DNA from: an uncultured Candidatus Rokubacteria bacterium
GTDB taxonomy: Bacteria; Methylomirabilota; Methylomirabilia; Rokubacteriales; DASRDR01
Direction of reading: 5' to 3'
Length of the DNA: 64,000 nt
Assembly: GCA_963826115.1 (NCBI GenBank)
Contig: CAWGVS010000006.1
Span: 672,001 to 736,000 of the forward strand
Below are positions 25,696 to 37,520 of this stretch, in pieces; the stretch's first letter is position 1, and each line of letters opens with the position of its first letter. Below the pieces are notes generated by a model, which saw nothing but the letters and a program-made list of their open reading frames with translations, was not told where the DNA came from and ran no database searches. The position numbers were made by a program, and so were the translations under genes.

Positions 25696-26715
25696 ATGCG
25701 AGCTCGATCGACGGCGCCGGCACGACCCGGATTCTCCCGGGGATGGCTGAGCCTGAGTGGCGCGGCCCTGGCACTCGTGCTGAGCGCGGGGCTGGCCCGG
25801 GCCCAGACGCTGCCCCCGGGCGCCCTCGAGCAGCTCGACAACCTGGTCGGGAGCCGGGTCGAGACGTTCTCGGTGCTCGACACCCAGAGCGGCGCGGCGG
25901 GCGGCACGTACGTGTCCAAGGTCAACGACACCGATCTCGCGATCACGCGCGTCACGGGCCGGGGGGACGTGGCGGCGAAGCGGCCGCTGGGGGATACCGG
26001 GATCTTCTGGGCCCCGATGATCGAAGGGGGGATCGGGTACGGGACGTTCGAGAACCACTTCGACGGCGGCGCGCTGGCTGGAAACCAGAGCACGGTCACG
26101 AGCCTCGCCGTGTTCCTCGGCGGCGGGGTCCGGTTCACGGTCTGGGACGATTTCAGCCTGGCCCCGACGTTCGGCATCGTCTACGCGCACAACGAGAACG
26201 ACTTCGACGCGAAGAACGACCTTGGGCGGCAGGTGGTGCAGGTCGCCGGCACCGGCTCGGGGAACGACCTCGTCAACTGGACAGCGGACACGTTCACGCT
26301 CGTTCCGGGGCTCGAGGGGCGCTACCGGCACCTGTTCGGCGGCATCATCCAGCTGACGGTGAAGTCGCTGTTCAAGTACTTCCACACCCAGCCGATCTCG
26401 CGGTCCACGACGGCGCTGAGCTTCGAGAGCACGTCCCAGTGGTGGCTCAACGAGATAGACGTCGAGTGGCGGATGCCCGTGTACCTGTGGGGCCGTCAGC
26501 TCCGCACGGGCGCGTACATCAGCCGGTCCGAGCTCTACGGCGGGCTGGAAACCACGCTCCATACGGACCACTTCTACAACGCCGGTGGCCGGCTGGTGAT
26601 GGACATCCAGGGGCTGCTGTGGCACGTCGAGTACATCGGCATCGGGGGAGGGTACTTCTGGGCGGACAAGTTCTCGGGCTGGACCATCGGCGCCGAGATC
26701 AGCTTCGCCTTCTGA
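25696..26715 (+). CDS. Outer-membrane beta-barrel (solitary autotransporter-barrel, Omp_AT-like)
   Basis: AGGAGGAG RBS, signal peptide ending ARA-Q, alternating beta strands, terminal Phe. Confidence 0.72.
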   Translation: MRARSTAPARPGFSRGWLSLSGAALALVLSAGLARAQTLPPGALEQLDNLVGSRVETFSVLDTQSGAAGGTYVSKVNDTDLAITRVTGRGDVAAKRPLGDTGIFWAPMIEGGIGYGTFENHFDGGALAGNQSTVTSLAVFLGGGVRFTVWDDFSLAPTFGIVYAHNENDFDAKNDLGRQVVQVAGTGSGNDLVNWTADTFTLVPGLEGRYRHLFGGIIQLTVKSLFKYFHTQPISRSTTALSFESTSQWWLNEIDVEWRMPVYLWGRQLRTGAYISRSELYGGLETTLHTDHFYNAGGRLVMDIQGLLWHVEYIGIGGGYFWADKFSGWTIGAEISFAF

Positions 26716-26983
26716 TCCAGCGTTCCCGCATCTCCGGGTCGGTGCAGGAGGGAACGGCGTTGCGCGCCAGCATGCCGGCAGGACCGACAACGGGCGGAAG
26801 CCGCTCTTCCCGCCGCTCTCGGAGATGGATACGATGAGGGGCGGGCAGCCCTTCGGTACCGGCGGAGCGGCTCGAGGCGCGGAACCCGGACCAGCGTGGC
26901 TGGAGGATTCCCGTCCGCGGCCGTCGACCGCCCGTGCGCACACGGCGTGGTACAGAAACCCTGACCTGAGGAGGACTACGACG

Positions 26984-27982
26984 ATGCGACAGACCCGGAT
27001 CCGGCCTCTCGGGCGCCTCGCCGCCACGGTGGCGGTCCTCGTGCTGGGGGTAGCGCTCGCCGGGAGTGCCATGGCCCAGGCCAAGTATCCGACGCGGCCG
27101 ATCGAGGTGGTGGTGCCCTACGCGCCCGGCGGCGGCACCGACAACCTCATGCGGATGATCGTCGGGATCATCGACGAGAACAAGTGGTCGCCCGTGTCGC
27201 TCAGCGTCGTCAACAAGGCCGGCGGCAGCGGCGCCGTCGGCTACAGCTACACGATCGGCAAGAAGGGCAACCCCTACGTGGTGTGCGGGGCCACGCCCAC
27301 GATCGTGAGCGGCAAGCTCGAGGGGCGGCTGTCGGGCGACCACCGGGACGCGCTCCCGATCCTCATGATCGTGGCGATCGACGAGTTGATGCTGTCGGTC
27401 CGCGCCGAGTCGCCCTACCAGACGATCGAGGACTTCGTGAAGGGGGCCAAGGACAAGCCCGGCCAGCTGACGGTGGGCGGCACCTCCACGAACTCCGAGG
27501 ACCACATCTTCACCTTCCTCTTCGAGAAGGCGGCGGGGATCAAGGTCAAGTACGTCCCCTTCAACTCCGGGGGCGAGGTGACGGCGGCCCTGATGGGTGG
27601 GCACATCGACGGGGCGGTGGAGAACCCCAACGAGATCGTGGCCCAGATCGAGGCCAAGAAGGCCCGGAACCTGGCGGTGGCCGCAAAGCAGCGGATGAAA
27701 GACGCCCAGGACGTGCCGACCTTCAAGGAGAAGGGCATCGACTTCCTGTGGGAGCAGATGCGCGGGGTATGCGGGCCGGCCGACATGGGCGCCGAGGCCA
27801 TCAAGTGGTGGCAGGACACCCTCCGGAAGGTCACCGAGACCCCCAAGTGGCAGACCCAGTACATCAAGCGGAACCTCCTGACCCCGGTCCAGTGGGTGGG
27901 GGAGGAGGCCAACGAGTACCTGGACGGCCTCCGGGGCAAGTACACGGACGCCCTGACCGGCCTCGGGGCCATCAAGAAGTAG
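26984..27982 (+). CDS. tctC: Tripartite tricarboxylate transporter substrate-binding protein
   Basis: YPTRPIEVVVPYAPGGGTD, VNKAGGSG and VPFNSGG motifs. Confidence 0.93.
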   Translation: MRQTRIRPLGRLAATVAVLVLGVALAGSAMAQAKYPTRPIEVVVPYAPGGGTDNLMRMIVGIIDENKWSPVSLSVVNKAGGSGAVGYSYTIGKKGNPYVVCGATPTIVSGKLEGRLSGDHRDALPILMIVAIDELMLSVRAESPYQTIEDFVKGAKDKPGQLTVGGTSTNSEDHIFTFLFEKAAGIKVKYVPFNSGGEVTAALMGGHIDGAVENPNEIVAQIEAKKARNLAVAAKQRMKDAQDVPTFKEKGIDFLWEQMRGVCGPADMGAEAIKWWQDTLRKVTETPKWQTQYIKRNLLTPVQWVGEEANEYLDGLRGKYTDALTGLGAIKK

Positions 27983-28033
27983 ACGGCGGCGGGGTCGGGT
28001 CCCTCGAGGGCCTGGCCCCGCGCGAGCCTGTCG

Positions 28034-28489
28034 ATGCGCTCCGCTGACCGCGTGGCCGCGGTGGCCCTGATCGTTCTCGCGGCCTGGTTCGTCGCCATCG
28101 GGCGGCGCTTCCCCTACTGGCGCGCCGAGACGGGGCCCGGCTCCGGGTTCCTCCCGGTGTGGCTCGGCATCGCGCTCACGGTGCTGGCCGTCCTCCTGTT
28201 CCTGAACGCGGGCGGCACGGCGTCCGGGGACGGGCGCTGGATCCCCGACCGCGCGGCCCTGCGGCGGCTCGCCCTCATCCTGGGGGCCTGCGTCGTCTTC
28301 GTCGCGGCCATGGACGCCGTGGGCATGATCGCGGGGACCGCCCTGTTCCTGGTCTTCGTGCTCCGGGTCGTCGAGCGCTACCGCTGGAGGACGGTCCTGG
28401 GGGTGGCCGTCGCGGCGGCCGCCATGAACTACGTCGTGTTCACCTACTGGCTCAAGGTCCCGTTCCCCACCGGGTATCTGGGGATCTGA
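28034..28489 (+). CDS. tctB: Tripartite tricarboxylate transporter small subunit
   Basis: GPGSGFLP motif, 4-5 TM helices, C-terminal LKVPFPTG. Confidence 0.9.
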   Translation: MRSADRVAAVALIVLAAWFVAIGRRFPYWRAETGPGSGFLPVWLGIALTVLAVLLFLNAGGTASGDGRWIPDRAALRRLALILGACVVFVAAMDAVGMIAGTALFLVFVLRVVERYRWRTVLGVAVAAAAMNYVVFTYWLKVPFPTGYLGI

Positions 28490-28598
28490 CCGGCATGCGC
28501 CTGTCGCTCGCGCGTCCGGTCGGCCTCGCGCGTGACGCCGGGACGGATACCCGCGCGACGGGCGGGCGCGCGCGCGCCGCGTCCCGAGGCGTGCGCTG

Positions 28599-30116
28599 AT
28601 GGTGGACCACCTCCTCGCCAACCTGACGCTCGGCTTCTCCATCGCGCTGAGCCCCTTCAACCTCCTGATGGCGGCGGTGGGCGTCACGGTGGGCCAGCTC
28701 ATCGGCGCCTTGCCGGGGATCGGCCCGGTCTCGGGCGTGGCGCTCCTCCTGCCGCTGACCTTCGGGATGGATCCGACGTCCGGCATCATCATGCTGGCCG
28801 GCATCTACTACGGCTCCCAGTACGGCGGCACCATCACCTCCGTCCTCATCAACACCCCGGGGGAGTCGGCCTCGGTCGTGACCTGCCTGGACGGCTACCC
28901 CATGGCGCTCAAGGGGCGGGCCGGGCCGGCGCTGGGGATCGCCGCCTTCGGCTCGTTCATCGCCGGGACGTTCGGGGTGGTGATGCTCATGCTGATGTCG
29001 CCCACCCTCGCCCGGTGGGCGCTGTCGTTCGGCCCTCCCGAGACCTTCGCCCTCATGCTGCTGGGCCTGACCACCGTGACGGGGCTCACGGGGGAGAACG
29101 CGATCAAGGGCTACATCAGCATGGTGCTGGGCCTGATGCTCGCGATGGTGGGCTTCGACATCATCTCCGGCGACCCCCGCTACGCCTTCGGCGTCAACGA
29201 GCTCCTCGACGGCTTCGACTTCCTGCCGGTGGCCATCGGTCTCTTCGGGATGGGCGAGGTGCTGGTCGGGGCCGAGCAGGCGCTCGACCTCAAGATCCTC
29301 CAGGGGCGGTACGGGATCCGTGACGTCCTGCCGACCGCCGCGGACTGGGTCCGGAGCCGCCTGGCCATCGTGCGCGGTACGCTCCTCGGCTTCTTCGTGG
29401 GGATCCTGCCCGGGGCCGGCTCGACCATCGCCTCCTTCTTCTCCTACGCGGTCGAGCGGAAGTACTCGAAGCACCCCGAGGAGTTCGGCCACGGGGCGAT
29501 CGAGGGGGTGGCCGGCCCCGAGTCGGCCAACAACGCCGCCTCGGCCGGGGCCATGGTGCCCCTCCTGACGCTGGGCATCCCGGGATCCGGCACCACGGCG
29601 ATCATGATGGGCGGCCTCATGATGTGGGGCCTCCAGCCCGGGCCGCTCCTGTTCGAGAAGAACCCCGCCTTCGTGTGGGGCCTGATCGCCTCCATGTACA
29701 TCGGGAACGTGATGCTGGTCATCCTGAACATCGCCTTCATCCCCGTCTTCGTGCGGGCGCTGCGCGTTCCCTACAGCATCCTGATGGCGCTGATCATCGT
29801 CTTCTGCGTCACGGGCGCGTACGCCGCCAACAACCGCGTGTGGGACGTCGGCGTGATGCTGGCGTTCGGGGTCGTCGGCTACCTCATGCGGAAGCTCGAC
29901 TACTCGGCGGCCGCCCTGACCCTGGCGCTGGTGCTGGGCCCGCTCGCCGAGCGGGCGCTCCGGCAGTCGCTGATCATCTCGGACACCGGCGTGCTGATCT
30001 TCTTCCAGCGCCCCATCGCGGCCGTGCTGACGTGTCTCGCGATCCTGGCCGTCCTGGTCCCCACCGCGCGCGGCATCTGGGCGCTGGCCCGCGGCTTCCG
30101 GCGCGCCGCGGCCTGA
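28599..30116 (+). CDS. tctA: Tripartite tricarboxylate transporter large subunit
   Basis: GALPGIGP, YGGTITSVLINTPGE and PESANNA motifs. Confidence 0.95.
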   Translation: MVDHLLANLTLGFSIALSPFNLLMAAVGVTVGQLIGALPGIGPVSGVALLLPLTFGMDPTSGIIMLAGIYYGSQYGGTITSVLINTPGESASVVTCLDGYPMALKGRAGPALGIAAFGSFIAGTFGVVMLMLMSPTLARWALSFGPPETFALMLLGLTTVTGLTGENAIKGYISMVLGLMLAMVGFDIISGDPRYAFGVNELLDGFDFLPVAIGLFGMGEVLVGAEQALDLKILQGRYGIRDVLPTAADWVRSRLAIVRGTLLGFFVGILPGAGSTIASFFSYAVERKYSKHPEEFGHGAIEGVAGPESANNAASAGAMVPLLTLGIPGSGTTAIMMGGLMMWGLQPGPLLFEKNPAFVWGLIASMYIGNVMLVILNIAFIPVFVRALRVPYSILMALIIVFCVTGAYAANNRVWDVGVMLAFGVVGYLMRKLDYSAAALTLALVLGPLAERALRQSLIISDTGVLIFFQRPIAAVLTCLAILAVLVPTARGIWALARGFRRAAA

Positions 30117-30217
30117 CGGCGTGGTCGGCCGCCCGTCGACCGCCCCGCGGGACGCATTCGCGGTCCTCGACCTCGACGTCACCGGCCACCGTCCGGGCGG
30201 TCGCTCGTGAGCCCACG

Positions 30218-31222
30218 ATGAGCGGCGAGCGCCTGGGCGTGGGGTTCAGCCGCGGGCTCGCGCCGCGGGAGATCGTGGAGTGCGCCCGGCTGGCCGAGGA
30301 GCTCGGCTACGAGTCGGCTTGGGTGGCCGAGGGGCACTCGGGCGACCAGTTCGCGATCCTCGGCGCGTGCGCGGCGGTGACGCGTCGCATCCGGCTGGGG
30401 ACCGCCATCTCCAGCGTCTTCGTCCGGAGCGCGCCCACGATCGCGATGGCGGCCGCCACCGTCGACCATCTGTCCGCCGGCCGCCTGGTCCTCGGGCTCG
30501 GCACGAGCCATCGCGAGCAGGTGGAGCCGGAGCACGGCGTGCCGTTCGTCGCGCCGACCGCCCGCCTCCGCGACGTGGTCGAGGTCGTCCGGGCGCTCCT
30601 CCGCGACGGCACCGTCACGCACCGCGGGCGCGTCGTCACGATCGATCGCTTCGACCTCTGGTTCACGCCGGCCCGGCGTGAAGCCCCGGTCTACCTGGCC
30701 GGCCTGTTCCCGCCGATGCTGGAGCTGGCGGGCGAGATTGCCGACGGGGTGCTCCTCACGTGGCCCACGCTGGACGCGCCCGCGCGGGCAGCGCGCCACG
30801 TCGCCACCGGCGCCCGCCGAGCGGGGCGGCGTCCCGAGGACGTCGACCTCGCCTCCATCGTCCCGTGTGCCGTGGCGCGGGACCGGCGGGAAGCGCTCGA
30901 CCGGATGCGCGGCTCGGTGGCCTTCTACGCCGGCTTCTTTCCCCGCTACAACCGGCTGCTTGCCGAGAGCGGGTTCGCCGACGCCGCCCGTGCCATCAAG
31001 GCGGCGTGGGACGCGGGCGACCGCGGGCGGGCGACCGCGCTGGTCCCCGACGCGCTGGTCGAGGCGGTGGCGCTGGTGGGGCCGGCCGAGGCCTGCCGCG
31101 CCCGGCTTCTGGAGTACCGCGGAGCCGGCCTCACTCTCCCGATCGTCACGCCCCGGGTGGACGGTCCCAACGCCGTCGCCGAGGCCCTCGGCGTCCTGCG
31201 CGCCCTGGCCCCTGGAGGCTAG
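30218..31222 (+). CDS. Luciferase-like monooxygenase (LLM) family oxidoreductase
   Basis: AEELGYESAWVAE, GRLVLGLGTSH, LAGEIADGV motifs. Confidence 0.9.
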   Translation: MSGERLGVGFSRGLAPREIVECARLAEELGYESAWVAEGHSGDQFAILGACAAVTRRIRLGTAISSVFVRSAPTIAMAAATVDHLSAGRLVLGLGTSHREQVEPEHGVPFVAPTARLRDVVEVVRALLRDGTVTHRGRVVTIDRFDLWFTPARREAPVYLAGLFPPMLELAGEIADGVLLTWPTLDAPARAARHVATGARRAGRRPEDVDLASIVPCAVARDRREALDRMRGSVAFYAGFFPRYNRLLAESGFADAARAIKAAWDAGDRGRATALVPDALVEAVALVGPAEACRARLLEYRGAGLTLPIVTPRVDGPNAVAEALGVLRALAPGG

Positions 31223-31561
31223 CGGCGTCGGACCTGCCGCCGTGGCGGAGTCCGGTGGCGTGGCCCAGACCGATCGCACCGGACGATTCTGCGGCGTGTC
31301 AAACGGTCCGGGTCCGCGCGGCGCGCAGCATCGTCAGAGTGACGACGCTGGCCACCGCCGACAGGACGACCGGCCCGGCCACCCCCGTGTCGACTACGCC
31401 TTCAATGACCCATCCGGGCGCTCGGTGACCATGCGCTGGTCGTCGCGGAGCTGGAGCGCTGTGAGGGCGTCGCTCGCACCGCCCTTCCGCGCCCCCCGCT
31501 CCCCGTTCATAATGGCCCCCGGGTCGGGCACTCCACGCAGGCACGGACAAGGAGGCGGGGC

Positions 31562-33479
31562 ATGAGGCGGATGACGAGGTCTGGGCTCACCATGCTGCTG
31601 GCGGCGGCGGGCCTGGTGTCGATACAGCTCACCGCGACGCCGGCGGCGGCGCAGAAGATGACCGAGCAGGGGACGCCGCGGGCGGAGACGCTGGTCATGG
31701 ACCAGCTCAACGGGCGCGTCGCCAACGCGCGGCTCTTCAACCCCTACGTCCCGGGCGTGGAGATCAACAACGGGCTGAAGCCGCTGTTCCCGCCGCTCTG
31801 GGAGATGGACACGATGAAGGGCGAGCAGTTCCCCGCGGTGGCGGCGGAGCCGCTCAAGGCGCTGAACGCCGACTTCACGCGCTTCCAGATCAAGATCCGG
31901 CCGGGGATCTACTGGAGCGACGGCGTCGAGTTCACCGTCGAGGACGTCGCCTTCACGATCCGGATGCTGGTGACCACGAAGGAGCTGCCGACCAGCGCGT
32001 ACTGGGCGCGGATCCTGAAGCCCGACATGAAGGTCGTCGACAAGTACACGCTCGAGGTGCAGACGGGGAGCCCGTACCCGCGGCTCCAGCAGGTGCTGGG
32101 GACGACGATCGCCTCGAACAGCTTCCGTGTCGTGGCGAAGCACATCTGGGAGAAGCAGGACCCGACCAAGTTCGAGAACTACCCGCCGGTCACGATCAGC
32201 CCGTACGTCTTGAAGACGCACGACCCGAACGGCCAGTGGTTCCTGTACGAGCGGCGGGCCGACTGGCAGCGCACCGACACCGCGATGGTCGCGGGCGAAC
32301 CGAAGCCCAAGTACGTCCTCTACCGCTTCTGGGGCCCGGAGGAGAAGCGCATCCTGGCCGCCATCCAGAACGACCTCGACGTCATGATGGACATCACGCC
32401 GGAGAGCTGGGACATCCTGAAGGACAAGAACAAGAGCGCCCAGGCCTGGCTGAAGGACTTCCCGTACGCGGCCTTCGACGACCCGTGCGTGCGCGGGGTG
32501 GCGCTGAACACGTCCAAGCCGCCGTTCGACAAGAAGGAAGTGCGGTGGGCGCTGGCGCTCGCGACCGACATCCAGGGCGTCTCGATGGCGACCTTCAACG
32601 GCATGCTGCGGGTGTCGCCGCTCCCGATCCCGCCGACGACGCGTGCTGCAGAAGACCTACATGTTCCCGATGGAGCCCTGGCTCGCCGAGTTCACGCTGC
32701 CCGACGGCTTCCGGCCGTTCGACGCGGGCTACGCCGAGGCGATGGCCAAGAAGCTGACCGCGAGCGGCGTCGCCGGCGTGCCGACCGACCGGGCGGCGAT
32801 CCGGCAGCTCTTCGGCGTGGGCTGGTGGAAGCACGACCCGGCGGAGGCGGCGAAGCTGCTCCAGTCGCAGGGGTTCAAGAAGGACGGGGCGGGGAAGTGG
32901 CAGCTGCCGGACGGCAAGCCCTGGCAGATGACCATCAACGCGCCGAACAACTTCGAGGTGCAGTCGATGCGGCTCGCCTTCGCCGTCGCCGACTCCTGGA
33001 AGAAGTTCGGCGTCGACGTGACGGTCAAGCAGCTCGAGAGCGCGCCGTTCAACGCCGCCTTCTCGAACGGCGAGTACGAGGCGGACGTCCACTGGCCGGG
33101 GTGCGGCGTGATGCCCGACGTCTACACGAACATGGACCTCAACTGGCACCAGCGCCTGGTCGTCCCGAACGGGACGCCGGCGGCGGGCAACAACAGCCGC
33201 TTCAAGAGCGCCCAGGCGTCCGCGATCCTCGACGAGCTGAGCAAGCTGCCCGACAAGCACGCGAAGGTCGTCCCGCTGACGACCGACTTCTTCAAGCTGA
33301 TGGTCGCCGAGGCGGCGTGGCTCCCGATGTTCGGCACGTCGAAGTTCGTGCCGATCACGACGCAGTACTGGACCGGCCTCCCCACCGCCGAGAACCCGTA
33401 CGAGGGACCCTGGTGGTGGTGGACGGGCATGCGCTACTACCTGACGAAGCTCAAGCCGACGGGCAGCCCGGTAGGGTAG
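31562..33479 (+). CDS. ABC substrate-binding protein, family 5 (oligosaccharide/peptide type); frameshift near 32642
   Basis: Signal peptide; WSDGVEFTVEDVAFT; continues as ORF 32643..33479. Confidence 0.85.
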
Positions 33480-33551
33480 CCCGACCCGAGACGCGCGGGG
33501 AGCGGGGGCGATCGCCGCCCGCTCCCCGCGCCGCGACCGGCCCGGCGGACG

Positions 33552-34555
33552 ATGCGATTCCTGACCTTCCTGTTCTCGCGGCTCGTCACCTACGTCCTGG
33601 TCGTCTGGATCGGCGTGACGATGGTGTTCCTCGTGCCGCGGTTCCTCCCGTCGAGCCCCGTCGAGGCGATGCTGGCCAAGGTGGCCGCCCAGGGCCAGTA
33701 CATGGAGGCGGCCCAGATGGAGGCGCTCCGCTCCTCGCTCCTGGAGACGTTCGGCCTCCGGGGCACGCTCTTCCAGCAGTACACGGGCTTCTTCAAGCGC
33801 GTGCTCCTGACCGGCGACTTCGGGCCGTCGTTCTCCGCCTTCCCGACGCCGGTGAGCCGGCTGGTCGGCCAGGCGCTGCCCGTGGTCCCTCGGGCTCCTC
33901 CTGACGTCCAGCGTGATCGGCTGGATCCTCGGCAACGCCATCGGGCTCTTCGCCGGCTACCGGAAGCAGACGGTCGCCTCGAAGACGCTCGAGATCGTGG
34001 CGATGCTGATCTACCCGATCCCGTACTACATCTTCGCCCTCGTGCTCATCATCCTGTTCACCTACGTGTGGAAGATCTTCCCGTTCTCCTTCTACATCGA
34101 CGCGAGCAAGCCGTTCGGGCTCGAGCCTGATCTGGGACATCGTCTACCAGTCGACGCTGCCGGCGCTCTCCATCATCGCGGTCAACCTCGGCTGGTGGGT
34201 CATCAGCATGAAGGCGCTCTCGGCGAGCGTGGCCGAGGAGGACTTCGTCACCTTCGCGCGGCTCAAGGGCGTCAGCGAGCCGCGCATCATGACCCACTAC
34301 GTGGCCCGGAACGCGCTCCTCCCCCAGGTCACGATCCTGGCGCTCCGCCTCGGCACGATCTTCAACGGGGCGCTCATCACGGAGATCCTGTTCGGGTTCC
34401 CGGGCGTGGGGACGCTGATCTACTCGTCGGCGGTCCAGTCCGACTACAACCTCATGCTGGGGACGATCAGCTTCTCGGTGATCGCGGTGTCGACGGCGAC
34501 GCTCGTCGTCGACCTGGTGTACCCGCTCCTCGACCCGAGGATCCGCTACCGATGA
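33552..34555 (+). CDS. ABC permease (DppB-like); frameshifts near 33882 and 34128
   Basis: GDFGPSF, EEDFVTFARLKG (EAA loop), ITEILFGFPGVG across three frames. Confidence 0.85.
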
Positions 34556-35394
34556 TGGGCGCGCGCCGGCCGCCGCGCCTGATCGTCGGCCTCGGCCTGG
34601 CCGTCGTGTTCCTCCTGCTCGGGTTCGTGCTGCCGCTCCTCGCCGGGCACGACCCGCGGGACTGGAACGCGTTCCCGAAGAACCTCCGGCCGAGCCGCGC
34701 GCACTGGCTCGGCACCACGGGGCTCGGCCAGGACACCTTCTGGCTCCTGACCTACTCGCTCCGGAACTCGCTGATCCTCGGCGTCCTGGTCGGCTTCTTC
34801 GCGACGGTGATCGGGGTCGTGGTGGGCGTGTTCGCGGGCCTCAAGGGCGGCTGGACGGACCGGGCGCTCAGCCTCCTCATGGACACGTTCATCGTCGTGC
34901 CGTCGCTGCCGATCCTGATCCTGCTGGCGTCGCTCCTCCAGGGCCGGGCGTCGATCCTGATCATCAGCGGCGTCCTGATCGTGTTCAACTGGCCGTGGCC
35001 GGCGCGGCAGATCCGCTCCGTCGCGCTCACCATGCGCGAGCGGGAGTTCATCCACACCGCCTGGTTCTCGGGCGAGAGCACGCTGACCGTGATCCGGACC
35101 GAGATCTTCCCGTACGTGTCGTCGTGGTCCGTCGGCAACTTCATCAACACCGTGCTCGTGGCCATCGCCGTCGAGTCCGGCCTGGCGGTGATCGGGCTCT
35201 CGAGCCTCCAGGAGTCGACGCTCGGCACGATGATCTACTGGGCGCTCCAGTACCAGGCGCTCCTCGCCGGGCGGTGGTGGTGGATCCTCACTCCGGTGAT
35301 CGCGATCATGACGCTGTTCATCACGCTGTTCCTCCTGGCCTCGGGCCACGCCCAGCACACCGCGGCCCGGCGCGGACGGATCGTCGCCGCGTGA
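34552..35394 (+). CDS. ABC permease (DppC-like)
   Basis: HWLGTTGLGQD, REREFIHTA, LGTMIYWA...WWW motifs. Confidence 0.9.
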   Translation: MMGARRPPRLIVGLGLAVVFLLLGFVLPLLAGHDPRDWNAFPKNLRPSRAHWLGTTGLGQDTFWLLTYSLRNSLILGVLVGFFATVIGVVVGVFAGLKGGWTDRALSLLMDTFIVVPSLPILILLASLLQGRASILIISGVLIVFNWPWPARQIRSVALTMREREFIHTAWFSGESTLTVIRTEIFPYVSSWSVGNFINTVLVAIAVESGLAVIGLSSLQESTLGTMIYWALQYQALLAGRWWWILTPVIAIMTLFITLFLLASGHAQHTAARRGRIVAA

Positions 35395-36403
35395 TCCGGG
35401 TCCAGGACGTCAGCGCGTCCTACTTCACCCCGGCGGGCCCGGTCGCAGGCGCTGGATCACGTGTCGCTGACGATCCGCGACGACGAGGTGCTCGGCATCG
35501 CGGGCGAGTCGGGGTGCGGCAAGTCGACCCTGATCAAGGTCGTCTACCAGTTCGTCGAGCCGCCCCTCCGGCTCCTGTCCGGGCGCGTCGAGGCGACCGC
35601 GCGCGGCGCGAGCGGCCAGCCCGTCGTGCTGGACGGCCCGGCGCTCCGCCGCGCCTGGTGGCGGTACATCTCCTACATCCCGCAGGGCTCGATGAGCGTG
35701 CTGAACCCGGTGGCGCGGGTGGGCCGCCAGTTCCTGGACGCCGCGGGGGCCTCGTCCGCGTTCGGGAGCCGGGCGGAGCTGGACTCCCGCATCGCCGGCT
35801 ACCTCGCGGAGCTCAACCTCCCGGTCGACGTGCTGCGCGCGTACCCGCACCAGCTGAGCGGCGGGATGCGCCAGCGGGTGATCGTGGCGCTCGCGACGTT
35901 CCTCCACCCGCAGGTGATCCTCGCCGACGAGCCGACGACGGCGCTGGACGTCGTGGTCCAGCGCGGCATCATCACCATGCTGGCCGAGCTCCAGGCGCGC
36001 GAGCGGAACACGCTGGTCATCGTGTCCCACGACATGGGCGTCCACTACCAGCTCGCCGTCGCGCCTCGCCATCATGTACGCGGGGAAGCTGGTGGAGCTG
36101 GCCGACATGAGCGCGCTGGTCGACCGGCCGCTCCATCCCTACACGGCGCTCCTGATCGGGTCGCTGCCGCGGGTCGGCGACCGGGCGCGGCGCGAGGGCA
36201 TCGGCGGCCGGCCGCCGCGGCTCCTCGACCCGCCGCCCGGCTGCCGGTTCGCGGCGCGGTGCCCTCAGACGATGGCCGTGTGCGAGCGCGTCGACCCGCC
36301 GGTCCAGGAGCTGACGCCGGGGCACTGGGTCGCCTGCCACCTCCACGGAGAGCCGGCGCCCGTCACGACGGCGGCCGGCGCGCCCGGGACGGACGCCGCA
36401 TGA
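35391..36403 (+). CDS. ABC ATP-binding protein (DppD-like); frameshifts near 35446 and 36060
   Basis: GESGCGKS, LSGGMRQR, ADEPTTALD, HPYT and GCRF..RC motifs. Confidence 0.85.
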
Positions 36404-37386
36404 CGGCCCCGCTCCTGTCCGTCGACCGCGTGTCCCGCGCGTTCACCGTCGGCAGCATCATCGGCGGCACGCGGCTGCAGGCCCTCGACGACGTCACGCT
36501 GTCGCTCGACGGCCATCAGCCGACGATCCTGAGCGTGGTCGGCGAGTCGGGGTCCGGGAAGACCACGCTCGCCCGCATCATCCTCCGGATGCTGGAGCCG
36601 TCGGCGGGCACGGTCGCGCATCGACGGCAAGCCCATCCATGACGGGCGGCGCGGCCTGACGGACGCGGAGTTCCGGCGGACCGTCCAGCCCATCTTCCAG
36701 AACCCGTTCGACACCTTCAGCGGCCGGAAGCCCGTCGACACGTACCTCTACGAGACCGCCCGGAACGTCCGCGGGATCGAGAGCCGGGATGAGGCGACGC
36801 CGGTCGTCGCGGCCGCCCTCCAGGCGGTGGGCCTCGACCTCGGCGTCGTCGCCGGGAAGTACGCCTACCAGTTCTCGGGCGGGGAGCTCCAGCGGGTGTC
36901 GGTGGCGCGCGCCCTCATCCCGCAGGCCGCGGCTCATCGTCGCCGACGAGCCGGTCAGCATGATCGACGCGTCGCTCCGGATCAACATCGTCAACCTGTT
37001 CCTCCGGCTCAAGGAGGAGCACGGGATCAGCTTCGTCTACATCACCCACGACCTGGCGACGGCGTACTACGTGAGCGACCAGATCGCCATCATGTATCGC
37101 GGGAGCGTCGTCGAGCACGGCCCGCTGGACCGGGTGCTCGGCGCCCCGCTCCACCCGTACACGGAGCTCCTGCTCCAGTCGGTGCCCGTGTTCGGCGAGA
37201 AGTGGGCGGGCCCGATCGGGCTGCCCGACCTCGAGACGCGCGAGTACGCGCGCGCCGCCTGCAAGTTCGCCCCGCGCTGCCCCGCCCGGCGGGACGTCTG
37301 CGCCCGGCGGACGCCGCCCCGGTTCGACGGGCGAGGGCGGCCGCGCGGCGCTCTGCTTCCGACCGACGGACTACCGGGAGGACTAG
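36400..37386 (+). CDS. ABC ATP-binding protein (DppF-like); several frameshifts
   Basis: [27 protein letters not shown] and HPYT found across frames. Confidence 0.8.
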
Positions 37387-37520
37387 CGGCTGACGCGGGC
37401 GCCACCGGCCGCCGGGCAACCTCACGGGTGCCGTGAGGGCAGCCCCGATGACGCCTGCCGAGGAACCCGAGGCTCGTGGCGCGTCACGCAGTCCGTTCGG
37501 CAACGCCAGGGAGCAAGCAC

